A stretch of 64,000 bases of DNA, from positions 7,774-71,773 of the forward strand of contig QZKO01000014.1 of assembly GCA_003599505.1 (NCBI GenBank), written 5' to 3'. The stretch comes from Nitrospiraceae bacterium. GTDB taxonomy: Bacteria > Nitrospirota > Thermodesulfovibrionia > UBA6902. Shown piece by piece: positions 28,132-38,305 of the stretch. Both the position numbers and the translations under genes were made by a program. The stretch's first letter is position 1. Each line of letters starts with the position of its first letter. The notes under the pieces were generated by a model, which saw only the letters and a program-made list of their open reading frames with translations, ran no database searches and was not told the origin of the DNA.

Positions 28132-30305
28132 GGTATGAACTTTCTATCATTGCTCCTTGTTACAATGAGACTTTAAACATTCACGAGCTAATAGAGCGCT
28201 TACAGAATGTAATGAATAAGAAGAATATCAATGGTGAAATCATACTTGTAAATGATGGAAGTATTGATGATACGGGAGAAGTCATCGACCGGTCCTCGGC
28301 AAAATATGAGAATGTTACCGCTGTTCATCACAAAATAAATCAAGGCATTGCTGCTGCCTGGAAAACAGGCCTGTCCGTCTCGTCCGGCGAGTATGTATGT
28401 GTTATAGACGCTGACCTTCAATATCAGCCTGAAGATATATCGAGACTTTACAGGGAAATCAAGCTTACGAACATAGACGTAGCGCAGGGATACCGAAGCA
28501 ATATCGGACGTCAGATGGACTACAGATATTTTTTAAGTCGTGGCTTTAACCGTATCCTCAATCTTCTTTTTGGAATGAATCTGAAAGATAACAAATCGGG
28601 GTTTGTCTTGTGCAGGAGAGAGATTTTACAAGACATATTGCAGCATCGCTATCACTATTATTATTTTCAAAGCTTTATTGCTATCGCGGCCAAGGAAAAA
28701 GGGTATACAATTCGTGAAGTTGAAGTTTTGTTCAGAGAGAGACGTCTGGGGAAGTCTTTTATCCAAAGGTGGCCTTTAAATGTAATTATCTGCTGTATTA
28801 TCGACATAGTGAAAGCCTTCATTGAGCTGCGTGTATTTAAAAAAGATGAAGACATATTAAGAGATTTTCTTTTACACAATAAACCGGCGCATTATGAGGA
28901 AACTTTACCGGGATGGCGGAAGATCTTTTTTAAGTTTTATATTCTTTTGATGCCGCTTCATCACTGGATGATCTCGCGCGTTGCCATGCTTTATTATAAG
29001 GAATTAAAACAAAGTCAATGGTTGTCCCCGGACAAGATTAAGGAGCTGCAGGAAATAAAACTCAGAAGGCTTATTAACCAGGCCTATTATCATGTGGGGT
29101 ACTATAGGGAACTATTTGATGAACACGGATTAAAACCGTCAGACATTAACACTATTGAGGATTTACAAAAGTTGCCGTTGCTGGATAAACACAGTGTGCG
29201 AAACAATCTTTATTTTGATTTAATGTCCGATAATCATAATAAAAGAAATATTCTCAAGATAACTACGAGCGGTTCAACGGGCGAACCTTTTGTTTGCTAT
29301 GCCGACAAGCATCAACTGGAGATCAGGTGGGCGACAACCCTGAGAAGCATGGAATGGACCGGCTACCGTTTTGGAGATAAACAGGCGAGACTCTGGCATC
29401 AGACAATAGGAATGACACGGCTTCAGATCATTCGTGAGAAAATGGACGCGTTTTTCAATCGCAGACTGTTTATCCCTGCTTTTGAGATGAACAAGAAAAA
29501 CCTTAACCATTTAATCGGTAAATTGAAGATGCATGCCCCTGTTCTGATTGACGGATATGCTGAATCATTCAATTTCCTGGCCCATTATATAAAGAACATC
29601 GGCCTTGACGGAGTCCATCCCAAGGCGATTATATCATCTGCACAGGTGCTGCCGGAACATAGCAGAGAAATCATTGAAGATGAATTTAAATGCGGGGTCT
29701 TTGATAAATACGGAAGCCGGGAATTCTCCGGTATTGCTTATGAATGTAATGCGCATAACGGACATCACATTGTCGCAGAGAACTATATAGTTGAAATATT
29801 GAAAGATGGAAAAACTGCAAAACCCGGCGAAGTTGGAGAGATCATAATTACAGATTTGAATAATTACAGTATGCCTTTTATTAGATATCGTATCGGGGAC
29901 CTGGCGGTTGCGATGGACAATTCTGTTACTTGCGCCTGCGGAAGGGGATTGCCGCGAATTGGAAAGATCGAAGGTCGTGTTCAGTCTATTATTATAACGA
30001 CCAACGGAACATACATACCCAGCTCATTTTTTCTGCATTTGTTAAAGGATTATGATCATATTATAAGGCAGTTTCAAGTTGTGCAGGAAGAAGAGGGGAA
30101 GGTAACATTAAAGATTGTGAAAGGTCTAAGCTTTGCCGAAAGTGTCTTTAATGAAACCGTGTTAGGCTCTTTGCACAGGTATCTTGGCGATGACATGATT
30201 ATTAATGTGGAATTTGTCGATAAGATACAAATGGTCAGGACAGGCAAACATCAGACAAGCATATCAAAACTGAATTTTGATTACCAGAATATCAACAAGC
30301 ACTGA
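28128..30305 (+). CDS. Fusion protein: N-terminal GT2 polyprenyl-phosphate glycosyltransferase (Dpm1/ArnC-like) plus C-terminal CapK/PaaK-like adenylate-forming enzyme (phenylacetate-CoA ligase / F390-synthetase family)
   Basis: The N-terminus has LSIIAPCYNETLNIHE...ILVNDGSIDDTG...VIDADLQY (GT-A). After about 230 aa comes a hydrophobic stretch, then TTSGSTGEPFVCYADKHQLEIRW (the AMP-binding P-loop of the PaaK/CapK family) and later acyl-adenylate motifs. A single uninterrupted ORF spans both domains. I use the ATG at 28128, which overlaps the upstream stop by 4 nt. The ORF track lists a GTG at 28104. Confidence 0.6.
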   Translation: MRYELSIIAPCYNETLNIHELIERLQNVMNKKNINGEIILVNDGSIDDTGEVIDRSSAKYENVTAVHHKINQGIAAAWKTGLSVSSGEYVCVIDADLQYQPEDISRLYREIKLTNIDVAQGYRSNIGRQMDYRYFLSRGFNRILNLLFGMNLKDNKSGFVLCRREILQDILQHRYHYYYFQSFIAIAAKEKGYTIREVEVLFRERRLGKSFIQRWPLNVIICCIIDIVKAFIELRVFKKDEDILRDFLLHNKPAHYEETLPGWRKIFFKFYILLMPLHHWMISRVAMLYYKELKQSQWLSPDKIKELQEIKLRRLINQAYYHVGYYRELFDEHGLKPSDINTIEDLQKLPLLDKHSVRNNLYFDLMSDNHNKRNILKITTSGSTGEPFVCYADKHQLEIRWATTLRSMEWTGYRFGDKQARLWHQTIGMTRLQIIREKMDAFFNRRLFIPAFEMNKKNLNHLIGKLKMHAPVLIDGYAESFNFLAHYIKNIGLDGVHPKAIISSAQVLPEHSREIIEDEFKCGVFDKYGSREFSGIAYECNAHNGHHIVAENYIVEILKDGKTAKPGEVGEIIITDLNNYSMPFIRYRIGDLAVAMDNSVTCACGRGLPRIGKIEGRVQSIIITTNGTYIPSSFFLHLLKDYDHIIRQFQVVQEEEGKVTLKIVKGLSFAESVFNETVLGSLHRYLGDDMIINVEFVDKIQMVRTGKHQTSISKLNFDYQNINKH

Positions 30306-30306
30306 A

Positions 30307-32328
30307 TCATCGGCCGGTTGTATAAGTATCGCTCATATTGGGTTGATAAACAAATGGCTTGTCAGGATAATATTTCCTGAGTTCATTTGAAAGGAAGTCC
30401 ACGTCGGATTGGTTGAAGGATCCGATCCTTTCATAAAGATAAACCTTTGCTTTCTTCTTCTCAAGAGTAAGATTGAACTCGTAGGGGAGTCGTCTGTAAG
30501 AAGCGCCCATATCTTTCCCGTTTAGAATGGATTCAGCCGGAATGACGACGGTCAGTGTTTGTTCACGGCTGAAATCATGTTGTACCGGATCGGTTACAAG
30601 CACATACCGGGCTTTAAAAAGAGCATTGGGAAATCCGTCTTTCTGATCAAGTGCGCCGCTTCTGTAGATATGGTTTCCCATATACGGGGTGTCTGGAAGA
30701 GACAAATAGGCTTTTTCAATGATTTCAGAGTTTAAGAGGTCATTGCCCGCCAGAACGTACAGCCTGTCATCGGGATCAGTCAGGAGTCCTCGTATTACAC
30801 TCAGCATCCTTTTTATCTCAGGGATATCATGCCGTACAGGAGGCTCATATCTATTTATGGGAAACAGAGTTTTGGCCTGTTTTGTGTACGGAGCTGCTTC
30901 CGGGGAGAAAACAGCAGAAAAATTTAAAGACGCAATGAGAATATAAACGGAACAGATAGTGGCTCTTACAGTCCGTGATTTTACATTTAAAATAATTCCT
31001 GTTATGAACAATGAAATAAACAGGACTATGGTTGGTATTAAGATGTCATAATGGTGAGGGAAAAAACTGTGAATCCTTGTGAACAGGAAGAAAGTAAACG
31101 CCCATTGAATCAGCAGGAATGAAGCCAGTTTCCTGGTATTTCTGTAATAAAAGGATACAAATACACCTAACAAGGCCATAGCAATATAGAGAAAGCCAAA
31201 ATGCGCCAGGAATCTTTTGAAATCCTGCAAAGTAGTATCACTAAATTTATAAGCCGTTATATATGAATAATCACCGATAAATATTTTTATCAGAAAAGGT
31301 CCGGCTATCATTATGAAAAAAAATCCGGAAATGAAGATAGTAAACAATAGTTTCTTTGACAGAACAAGGAGTCTTTCGCGATCAAAACGATGCTCTATGA
31401 ATAAAAAGATATATTCATTAATGATAAGAGCAATAAAAAAGGAGGCAGCCCAGAAGATATAGTACTGACGGAAGATAACCAATACGGGAACCAATATGGC
31501 AAGGAAAACCAGGGTCCTGTATCTTTGGGCGGGAAACGGATATTTGAAATAGGAAAAGAGGATGAGACATATTATAAAAAAGCCGCCAATGCCGACATAT
31601 CCATCTAATAGAGGAACCCAGATAAAAGTGAATGAAAAGAAGGTGAAAAGAGCTACAAAGCTTGCGCTGATCGGGATGCGGTCATTATACAGCATTGCAG
31701 CGCTTCTTTTATATAAGAGGAGGAAAAATATGGCGGAAAAAAAGAGGAAGATGTTTACCATCGATAAAATAAAGGACAACCTCTGTGTACCGAATAATAG
31801 AGAAAATGGTGTCAACAGAAAGGGGGCCAATAAGTTGTAATGGTCAAACTGGATGCTGCCCAGAACAATTAGTATGGCATGTACAGGATTAGCTTTAAAT
31901 ACTGTGCTTATTCCTGCATACTTTTCAGGAAATATTGCTGAATCCCAACTGAAAATATAGTTTTGCTTCCCTACAATATGTATAGCAAATAAATTACTTG
32001 CAGTAAGAAAAAGAAGAAGCATTATAAGATCATATTTTGAAACCGAGGGGCGGTTTGCAAGGTCTCCTTTTCGTTCGAGCATATACTCATTATCATTGAA
32101 TTTCTTTTTGAAATAATTGATTAGCCCCGGGAATAAAAGCAAAGTCAGGCCTGTAATAATAAGGACGAAACCATTTCTTATGAAAAATAACTCCGTATAA
32201 CCGAGCCCCTTGCTTCCTATGCCCAACAAATCAGGTACAAAAGAAAGAAAGATAAAAAATAATCCCAGAACCGGCAGCGCCAATGAATACTTTTTTTGAG
32301 ATACCGGCTTATTATTTTTAGATAACAT
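30307..32328 (-). CDS. Large polytopic membrane protein with C-terminal periplasmic domain (function unknown; possible GT-C-like transferase/polymerase)
   Basis: It has about 12 or more hydrophobic helices followed by a soluble tail of about 200 aa. It is the last gene of the long minus-strand operon. Confidence 0.4.
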   Translation of the reverse strand: MLSKNNKPVSQKKYSLALPVLGLFFIFLSFVPDLLGIGSKGLGYTELFFIRNGFVLIITGLTLLLFPGLINYFKKKFNDNEYMLERKGDLANRPSVSKYDLIMLLLFLTASNLFAIHIVGKQNYIFSWDSAIFPEKYAGISTVFKANPVHAILIVLGSIQFDHYNLLAPFLLTPFSLLFGTQRLSFILSMVNIFLFFSAIFFLLLYKRSAAMLYNDRIPISASFVALFTFFSFTFIWVPLLDGYVGIGGFFIICLILFSYFKYPFPAQRYRTLVFLAILVPVLVIFRQYYIFWAASFFIALIINEYIFLFIEHRFDRERLLVLSKKLLFTIFISGFFFIMIAGPFLIKIFIGDYSYITAYKFSDTTLQDFKRFLAHFGFLYIAMALLGVFVSFYYRNTRKLASFLLIQWAFTFFLFTRIHSFFPHHYDILIPTIVLFISLFITGIILNVKSRTVRATICSVYILIASLNFSAVFSPEAAPYTKQAKTLFPINRYEPPVRHDIPEIKRMLSVIRGLLTDPDDRLYVLAGNDLLNSEIIEKAYLSLPDTPYMGNHIYRSGALDQKDGFPNALFKARYVLVTDPVQHDFSREQTLTVVIPAESILNGKDMGASYRRLPYEFNLTLEKKKAKVYLYERIGSFNQSDVDFLSNELRKYYPDKPFVYQPNMSDTYTTGR

Positions 32329-32475
32329 ATATCCTATATTAGAAACGGCCGTTCAACTTAGTCATACAAAATATTAAGGGAATAAGAAGACATTTATTTT
32401 AAGAAAAACATAATATAACATTATCAATATAACCGAACAAGTCGCAAGTTGCTATTTGAGTTGCAACCACTTAAT

Positions 32476-33717
32476 TTAATTCGCTGATGGATAACACTTT
32501 TTAAAACAGAACAATCGGCGCAAATCGTTCTTAAACCACTCAGGAAGCGATGAAAAAAATAGATAAAGCAAGCCGACTAAAATAATCCAGTTAGAAAACT
32601 CTTCCATAGCGAATGTTATTTTTCTTCCCAGGAAGCGCATTACAACGTTACTCCAGAGTGAAAACATTATTGCTGAAAAAGTAATGCGAGGAACTAATGA
32701 ATCGCCTTTATCGCAATCACGCATCCATACTACTAACTGGGGTATAGCAAAAACTAAAAACACCAGTCTGTAATCAACAGTATTCATCAGCAGGAAACAG
32801 CCTATATAAATTCCCGCTCCAATTCTGAAGGCATCAACATATTGCGGTTGTCTGCACAGTCCGGAGCCTGCTCTACGCATGCTGAAATATAAAGCTGCAG
32901 CCACCGATATAAAGGCCAAGATATAGGAAAGTATCTTAAAGAACAGCACTTGGCTGTCAGACAGAGGGAGATGATAGAAACGCCCGTGTCTCAGCGCCAT
33001 CCACCATACATCTCTTCCAAATGAACTGCTGACGCCTTTGGGCGCCGTCTTGAAGAGCTGTATAAAATCAGTAATCGATAATAACGCATAGAGAACGAAG
33101 ATACCTGATCCCGTTAGAAAAAGAAACCAGAATTTCCTTTTATGTTCTTTCAGAAGATATGGAATTCCAAAAATCGGATACAGTTTAAGTATCGCGGCGA
33201 ATAAGAAGATCAGCAGTGCCGAAATACTCGAGTAAGAATTTATGACCAGCGCGAGGGATAATATGAAAAATATTATTAACTCTATGTTCGATCTTTCCAC
33301 CCCGAGCATTACAGGAGGGGAGAGAATAACAAAAAACAGGATAAGGTACGTGAAATTATCAAAATTTCCGGAGAACCAGAAGATGCCGATACCGATGAGA
33401 AATAAGATTATTACGATGCTCCCCAATATATTTGTATGGCTCTCATTAATTCCCAGGGAGAAAAGGGCGTGCCATATTCTCGGATAATTAAGCAGTGTGC
33501 CTCTGGGATTGACAGTATTTTTGTAGATTTGATCATGTCCTTGAGCATGTGATTCCGACGCCCATGCGAACTGACGTGAATCGAAAAAGCCGGGAGGGTC
33601 CAGGGGGAGCTGCCACTTTCTTATCAAGAAATCATTATGAAGAGATACGAATGAAAATATCGATGCCGTTATTATCAGTATGATGGCGACAAACAGTATT
33701 AATTTCAATCTGGTCAT
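32476..33717 (-). CDS. Polytopic membrane protein (possible GT-C / DUF2029-like mannosyltransferase-type)
   Basis: It has about 10 TM helices. The first periplasmic loop is rich in aromatic and acidic residues. Confidence 0.35.
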   Translation of the reverse strand: MTRLKLILFVAIILIITASIFSFVSLHNDFLIRKWQLPLDPPGFFDSRQFAWASESHAQGHDQIYKNTVNPRGTLLNYPRIWHALFSLGINESHTNILGSIVIILFLIGIGIFWFSGNFDNFTYLILFFVILSPPVMLGVERSNIELIIFFILSLALVINSYSSISALLIFLFAAILKLYPIFGIPYLLKEHKRKFWFLFLTGSGIFVLYALLSITDFIQLFKTAPKGVSSSFGRDVWWMALRHGRFYHLPLSDSQVLFFKILSYILAFISVAAALYFSMRRAGSGLCRQPQYVDAFRIGAGIYIGCFLLMNTVDYRLVFLVFAIPQLVVWMRDCDKGDSLVPRITFSAIMFSLWSNVVMRFLGRKITFAMEEFSNWIILVGLLYLFFSSLPEWFKNDLRRLFCFKKCYPSAN

Positions 33718-33748
33718 ATGATTGGAAATAGAATGTTTTTAAAATATG

Positions 33749-35287
33749 TTATCCCTGTCTTGCTTTCATCCATATTTCGTATATTCCATATGTTTTCTTT
33801 AATTCATAATTGCTGCCGATGTAATTATCAAGCAAATTAACATTCGAATCAATTTTGCTCAGATTGGGCTCATATCGATCCCGCACAGCCAGTACGACCA
33901 AAGGGGTATCGTTATTTCTTAATTCATTAATCATTTCGCTTTGCGCTTCAACGGTAGTGGTTACGCCTGCATCCAACTCATGATATTTTGTCGCGCAATT
34001 CCTCTCCGCAAGAAAGTAAATAACCGGATCGTTAAAACGAAATTGATCATGGTTTTTGACACCAACATATATATATTCATTTTCTAAGGTATTGTTTTTA
34101 ATAAAGGTGACTGTTTCTTTTAAGTTTGAATCTATAATCAAATATCTGATTCTATCCATGTCAGCGTTTACAGTACTCACGATATAACCTTTTGTGCGTT
34201 TTAAAATCAGCTCGATAGTGCTGATCGGTCTGATAAATGCGACGCTAAAAACGATAATGAACATCACATAAACACCTCTTTTCTGCCATGTGTTGAGTGA
34301 TAACGTTTCAGGCAATGAGCACAGTAAAATTGAAGCAGACACAATTCCCGTCAGGGCAACGGGAAGCAAATGTGGTATATCTGATCGAACACTGACCTGA
34401 AACATGAAAAGCAAACCGATGAGGGAGATAAGCAGTCCTCCATAGGCCACCATATGATCAGTTTTGCGTTTCATCAGGACCAAAGAAATGATGACGCTGA
34501 TCAAAAGCACAACCGGGAATAAATAAAAGGAGAACGCATATATTGACAAGGAAGGATAAGGGAGTTGCGCATATTCAGTCAGGACATTAAGAGGCATAAG
34601 GATCATATCATTGATTATAAATTTTAAAGCGGAATTCAGAAAGAAATAAATAATTACGGGTAATGCCGATATCATTCCGATCACTATAAAAGAAATGAAC
34701 GGGGTCCATGATTTTCGCACCCCGGTTATTCTCATGACAAACAGGACAACAGCCATAGCTATAGCAGCGTATCCTCCCAAATCATGTCTAAATAGAATAG
34801 CCAGGACAATGGCCACAGCGCTTAACGCGACATAATAAATTGTATTGTGTTTCATATGTAACAAGAGAAAATACACACTGATATATATAAAAAGAACAGA
34901 TGGATATACCGGATACCCCGGATAACTGCTATGTCCCATCCAGACAAGAGACATCGTCCATCCGACAAATGCCAATTTATTTGATGCCAATAACCTTATG
35001 ATCAAAAAAATAAAAAGAGATAGAAGAGCTCTTACTGCAATATCATATATCCTTTCAGTGGTAACGGACGTCCCGAATATATTAAAAAGCGCTGCTATTG
35101 TGTAATATTGCCCGGGTGGATATGCACTGCTGAAATCTTTATATGGGATTTGCCCTTTCAGGACTCTTTCTGCTCCAAAAAGGATTAGCCCTTCATCATA
35201 AGGGCCCAGACCTATATTGAGTATTGGAAGATAATATATCGCGGCGACAATAAAGATGAGGATCAATAATAGAATATTTTTTTTCAT
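33749..35287 (-). CDS. GT-C-like polytopic membrane glycosyltransferase
   Basis: The N-terminal TM helix is followed by GLGPYDEGLILFGAERVLKG (the DE loop motif). It has more than 11 TM helices. I use the ATG at 35287 (MKKNILLL), giving a 1-nt spacer to the upstream stop, rather than the longer 35332 start. Confidence 0.45.
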   Translation of the reverse strand: MKKNILLLILIFIVAAIYYLPILNIGLGPYDEGLILFGAERVLKGQIPYKDFSSAYPPGQYYTIAALFNIFGTSVTTERIYDIAVRALLSLFIFLIIRLLASNKLAFVGWTMSLVWMGHSSYPGYPVYPSVLFIYISVYFLLLHMKHNTIYYVALSAVAIVLAILFRHDLGGYAAIAMAVVLFVMRITGVRKSWTPFISFIVIGMISALPVIIYFFLNSALKFIINDMILMPLNVLTEYAQLPYPSLSIYAFSFYLFPVVLLISVIISLVLMKRKTDHMVAYGGLLISLIGLLFMFQVSVRSDIPHLLPVALTGIVSASILLCSLPETLSLNTWQKRGVYVMFIIVFSVAFIRPISTIELILKRTKGYIVSTVNADMDRIRYLIIDSNLKETVTFIKNNTLENEYIYVGVKNHDQFRFNDPVIYFLAERNCATKYHELDAGVTTTVEAQSEMINELRNNDTPLVVLAVRDRYEPNLSKIDSNVNLLDNYIGSNYELKKTYGIYEIWMKARQG

Positions 35288-35288
35288 A

Positions 35289-36038
35289 TCAGCTATTTTC
35301 TTTTCTTGCCACACAAAAAACTGAGAGACCAAAAGGGAGCTTTACCCCTGACATTATAAGTTTGTTTTCAAGGAATAAAAGATGCGTAAATATTTTATTG
35401 AACAGGCAGCCGGATTGATTAAGGTCGGAATCACTGTCGTCCTTGTTCACAAAAATAAATTTGTCAACCATTCTCTTAATTGCGGCTATGGGGAAAAGCA
35501 GTGTATTTCGATATGTGATTATCTCTATTCTAAACCCGGCTTTTTCCAGGTCGCTTTTCAATCCTTCTATTGTATACCTTCGCCTTGTATGAATCGCTAC
35601 ATCATGCTTGCTTTTTAAAAAATTATAAGCGGGTACGTTTAACAGTAATATTCCATTTGGACTGATAACTTCATGGAGTTCTTTCAATGTATTTACGTCA
35701 TTTTTCACGCCCATGTGATAAATAACATCTAAAGAAACTACAATATTAAATAAATTATTTTTAAGGGGAACTTCGCATATTGAACCCCTGATCAGGTTAT
35801 TTATATTTCTCAATTTGCAAAAGTTAATTGCAACTTCCGAAAAATCCAGACCAAAAGCCCGGTACGCTTTACACTCATCAAGAAATTTGCCTGTACCGCA
35901 ACCCGCATCCAATATTCTCATGCCATCATGTTTATGACTAAACTTATCAATAGAAGAAAAGACCAGGTCCCTTAATCCAACATACCACCAGTAGTTATCT
36001 TCTATGTTAAATATAACTTCATATACTTTCTTTTCCAT
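35289..36038 (-). CDS. Class I SAM-dependent methyltransferase (size and architecture compatible with sugar N-methyltransferases of the TylM1/DesVI type)
   Basis: MRILDAGCGTGKFLDE is motif I. An acidic residue ends beta2 (GLDFSE). The protein is about 250 aa. Confidence 0.7.
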   Translation of the reverse strand: MEKKVYEVIFNIEDNYWWYVGLRDLVFSSIDKFSHKHDGMRILDAGCGTGKFLDECKAYRAFGLDFSEVAINFCKLRNINNLIRGSICEVPLKNNLFNIVVSLDVIYHMGVKNDVNTLKELHEVISPNGILLLNVPAYNFLKSKHDVAIHTRRRYTIEGLKSDLEKAGFRIEIITYRNTLLFPIAAIKRMVDKFIFVNKDDSDSDLNQSGCLFNKIFTHLLFLENKLIMSGVKLPFGLSVFCVARKENS

Positions 36039-36190
36039 TGAGCACTATGATCTTATCAGACAATGATTCTATAGATACATTGATTTTTGCTTAATCATAT
36101 AAGCATGACGGTAGAAAACGAATTGACGATGTCAACGGTTGTTTATATTTAAACCATTATTTTTAGTATCACTCATTGTCTCTATAGAAA

Positions 36191-37300
36191 TCAATTAATA
36201 TTTGCAATGATATCATGTAACGCTTTAACAGTTATTTGTTGTTCGTCATCGGAAAGGGAAGGATACATAGGTAGAGAAAAGATCTCTTTAGCAGCATCCT
36301 CCGTATGAGGTAAATCACCCTCTTTGTAACCTAAAAACTGATAACCTGTCATGGCATGAATGGGCCATGGATAACTGATATTAACGAAAATGTCTCTGTT
36401 TTTCAGTCCCTCAATAATCTGATCTCTACGGGGGTGCCGGCAAACGTATAAATAATATACATGCTTATTGCCCTGCTTTGTTTTCGGTAAGGTAAGTTTC
36501 GCGTTTAATAACATGTGATCATATTTTTGTGCAAGAAGTCTTCTGCGCTTTATATATTCTTCAATATGTTGCAGCTTACTTAAAAGAATCGCCGCATGAA
36601 GCTCATCGAGTCTTGAATTGTAACCGTGCTCTACTGAATAATATGTCTTCTCCATGCCGTAAAAACGAAGCCGGAGCAGTTTCTTGTACAGCTTTTCACT
36701 ATTTGTTAAAACCATACCACCGTCTCCATACCCGCCGAGGATCTTGGTTGGGTAAAAAGAGAAGGCTGAAACGTCTGACATAGAGCCGGCCTTATTGCCG
36801 TTAAAGATCGCTCCATGACTCTGGGCGCAGTCTTCAAGGACCTTGAGACCATAAGCATCAGCTACCCGTTTGACGTCGTCCATATTTACGCATTGGCCGT
36901 AGAGGTGAACCGGAAGGATACACTTTGTCTTCTTCGTAACTGCTTTCTCCAGCAAAGAGGTGTCCATAAGGTAAGTTTCCGGGTCTATGTCGACAAATCT
37001 TGGAACTGCGCCGGTTGAAACAATAGCCGATACCGTCGGGACAGCGGTATTGGACACGGTTATTACCTCATCTCCAGGACCTATACCTAATCCCTTCAGA
37101 CCGAGGAATATAGCATCCGTCCCGCTATTGACACCTACTCCGAATTTTACTCCGCAATATTCAGCAAATGTTTCCTCAAATTTCTTTACGTTCTCTCCGA
37201 GTATCAGGCATCCCGACCTCAAGACCTTTTCTATCGAGGCATGAATCTCCTCTTTTTCCTGTTCATATTCTTTCAAGTAGCTCCAAATTTTTATAGACAT
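36191..37300 (-). CDS. DegT/DnrJ/EryC1/StrS-family PLP-dependent sugar aminotransferase
   Basis: GVNSGTDAIFLGLK and SAFSFYPTKILGGYGDGGMV (PLP Lys) are present. Confidence 0.85.
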   Translation of the reverse strand: MSIKIWSYLKEYEQEKEEIHASIEKVLRSGCLILGENVKKFEETFAEYCGVKFGVGVNSGTDAIFLGLKGLGIGPGDEVITVSNTAVPTVSAIVSTGAVPRFVDIDPETYLMDTSLLEKAVTKKTKCILPVHLYGQCVNMDDVKRVADAYGLKVLEDCAQSHGAIFNGNKAGSMSDVSAFSFYPTKILGGYGDGGMVLTNSEKLYKKLLRLRFYGMEKTYYSVEHGYNSRLDELHAAILLSKLQHIEEYIKRRRLLAQKYDHMLLNAKLTLPKTKQGNKHVYYLYVCRHPRRDQIIEGLKNRDIFVNISYPWPIHAMTGYQFLGYKEGDLPHTEDAAKEIFSLPMYPSLSDDEQQITVKALHDIIANIN

Positions 37301-37303
37301 TCG

Positions 37304-38305
37304 TTACTCCTTCAATAAGGCGGCTGACCGCATTCTGTGCAACACGCGTGCGTCTGAAAGCAAATTTTCTATAAGATATTTGTGATCCCCTCCCTGAACT
37401 GCTTCAATAACTTTTTGCATATAGATTGAAAAACTGTCGGCTTTAGGAACCTTTATCACGGCACAGGTATTGCGATGTCTGACCTGTATTTCGTTTTCCA
37501 TCTCTGCAGGAGTTGTGAAGATGCGCTCGATGGCGGCGTATACCGTGGGGCCAATCAAGCCGAGGTAATTGCTGTATTCCGTATCAAACCCGAAATGACC
37601 CACCATGGACCTCCCCCCTTTATAGGCTGCAAGCATGCTGAAAGAGGTCTCCACGTTATCGCTTCCGCCATAACTGCAAATCCTGCAGAAAACCTTCTCA
37701 GGTTCTTCCCCGAAAAATAACCTGCCGACAGATACCGCGTAAGAACCGAGATCCAAAAGAGCTCCTCCGCCGAGATACTTCTTATATCTGAAATCATCGG
37801 GTTTTAAGGGAGGGAAAGAAAACACCGCCGTTAACCTTGTCGGGCCGCTTTTTGTTTCAGAATAGATATTCCTGATGGCCTGTATTTGCGGGTGAAAAGC
37901 ATAGACTGTCGCCTCGGATAAACATAAACCGGATTTTCGGGCCAATTCCGCCAGGTTTTTCGTAGTCTCGAAATCAGTGAATGCCGGTTTGTCGACAATT
38001 ACGTGAAATCCGCGTAAAAGCGCTTTCTCTGCCCACTTGGCGTGTTTGCTGTTAACGGTTGAAATATAAACCAGGTCGGCTCTGCTTTTTGCCAAAGCGG
38101 TATCATAATCATCAAATATTTCACCTTTATATTTATAAGGCAGTGATATCTTTGATGCGGACGACAGCGAAGCTACGTCTACGCGCGTGATAGAAGGGAT
38201 GACAGACAGGGCGGGTATGACACGCTTTTGTACAATGCTGGAATATCCAATAAATAATATATTCATTTTAATATGTAAAAAGTCCGTTAAATGAAGCTTA
38301 AACAA
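37304..38305 (-). CDS. Gfo/Idh/MocA-family NAD(P)-dependent oxidoreductase (sugar-nucleotide dehydrogenase / ketoreductase)
   Basis: The N-terminus MNILFIGYSSIVQKRVIPAL is a Rossmann fold. An EKP-type motif region (GFHVIVDKPAF) is present. Confidence 0.75.
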   Translation of the reverse strand: MFKLHLTDFLHIKMNILFIGYSSIVQKRVIPALSVIPSITRVDVASLSSASKISLPYKYKGEIFDDYDTALAKSRADLVYISTVNSKHAKWAEKALLRGFHVIVDKPAFTDFETTKNLAELARKSGLCLSEATVYAFHPQIQAIRNIYSETKSGPTRLTAVFSFPPLKPDDFRYKKYLGGGALLDLGSYAVSVGRLFFGEEPEKVFCRICSYGGSDNVETSFSMLAAYKGGRSMVGHFGFDTEYSNYLGLIGPTVYAAIERIFTTPAEMENEIQVRHRNTCAVIKVPKADSFSIYMQKVIEAVQGGDHKYLIENLLSDARVLHRMRSAALLKE

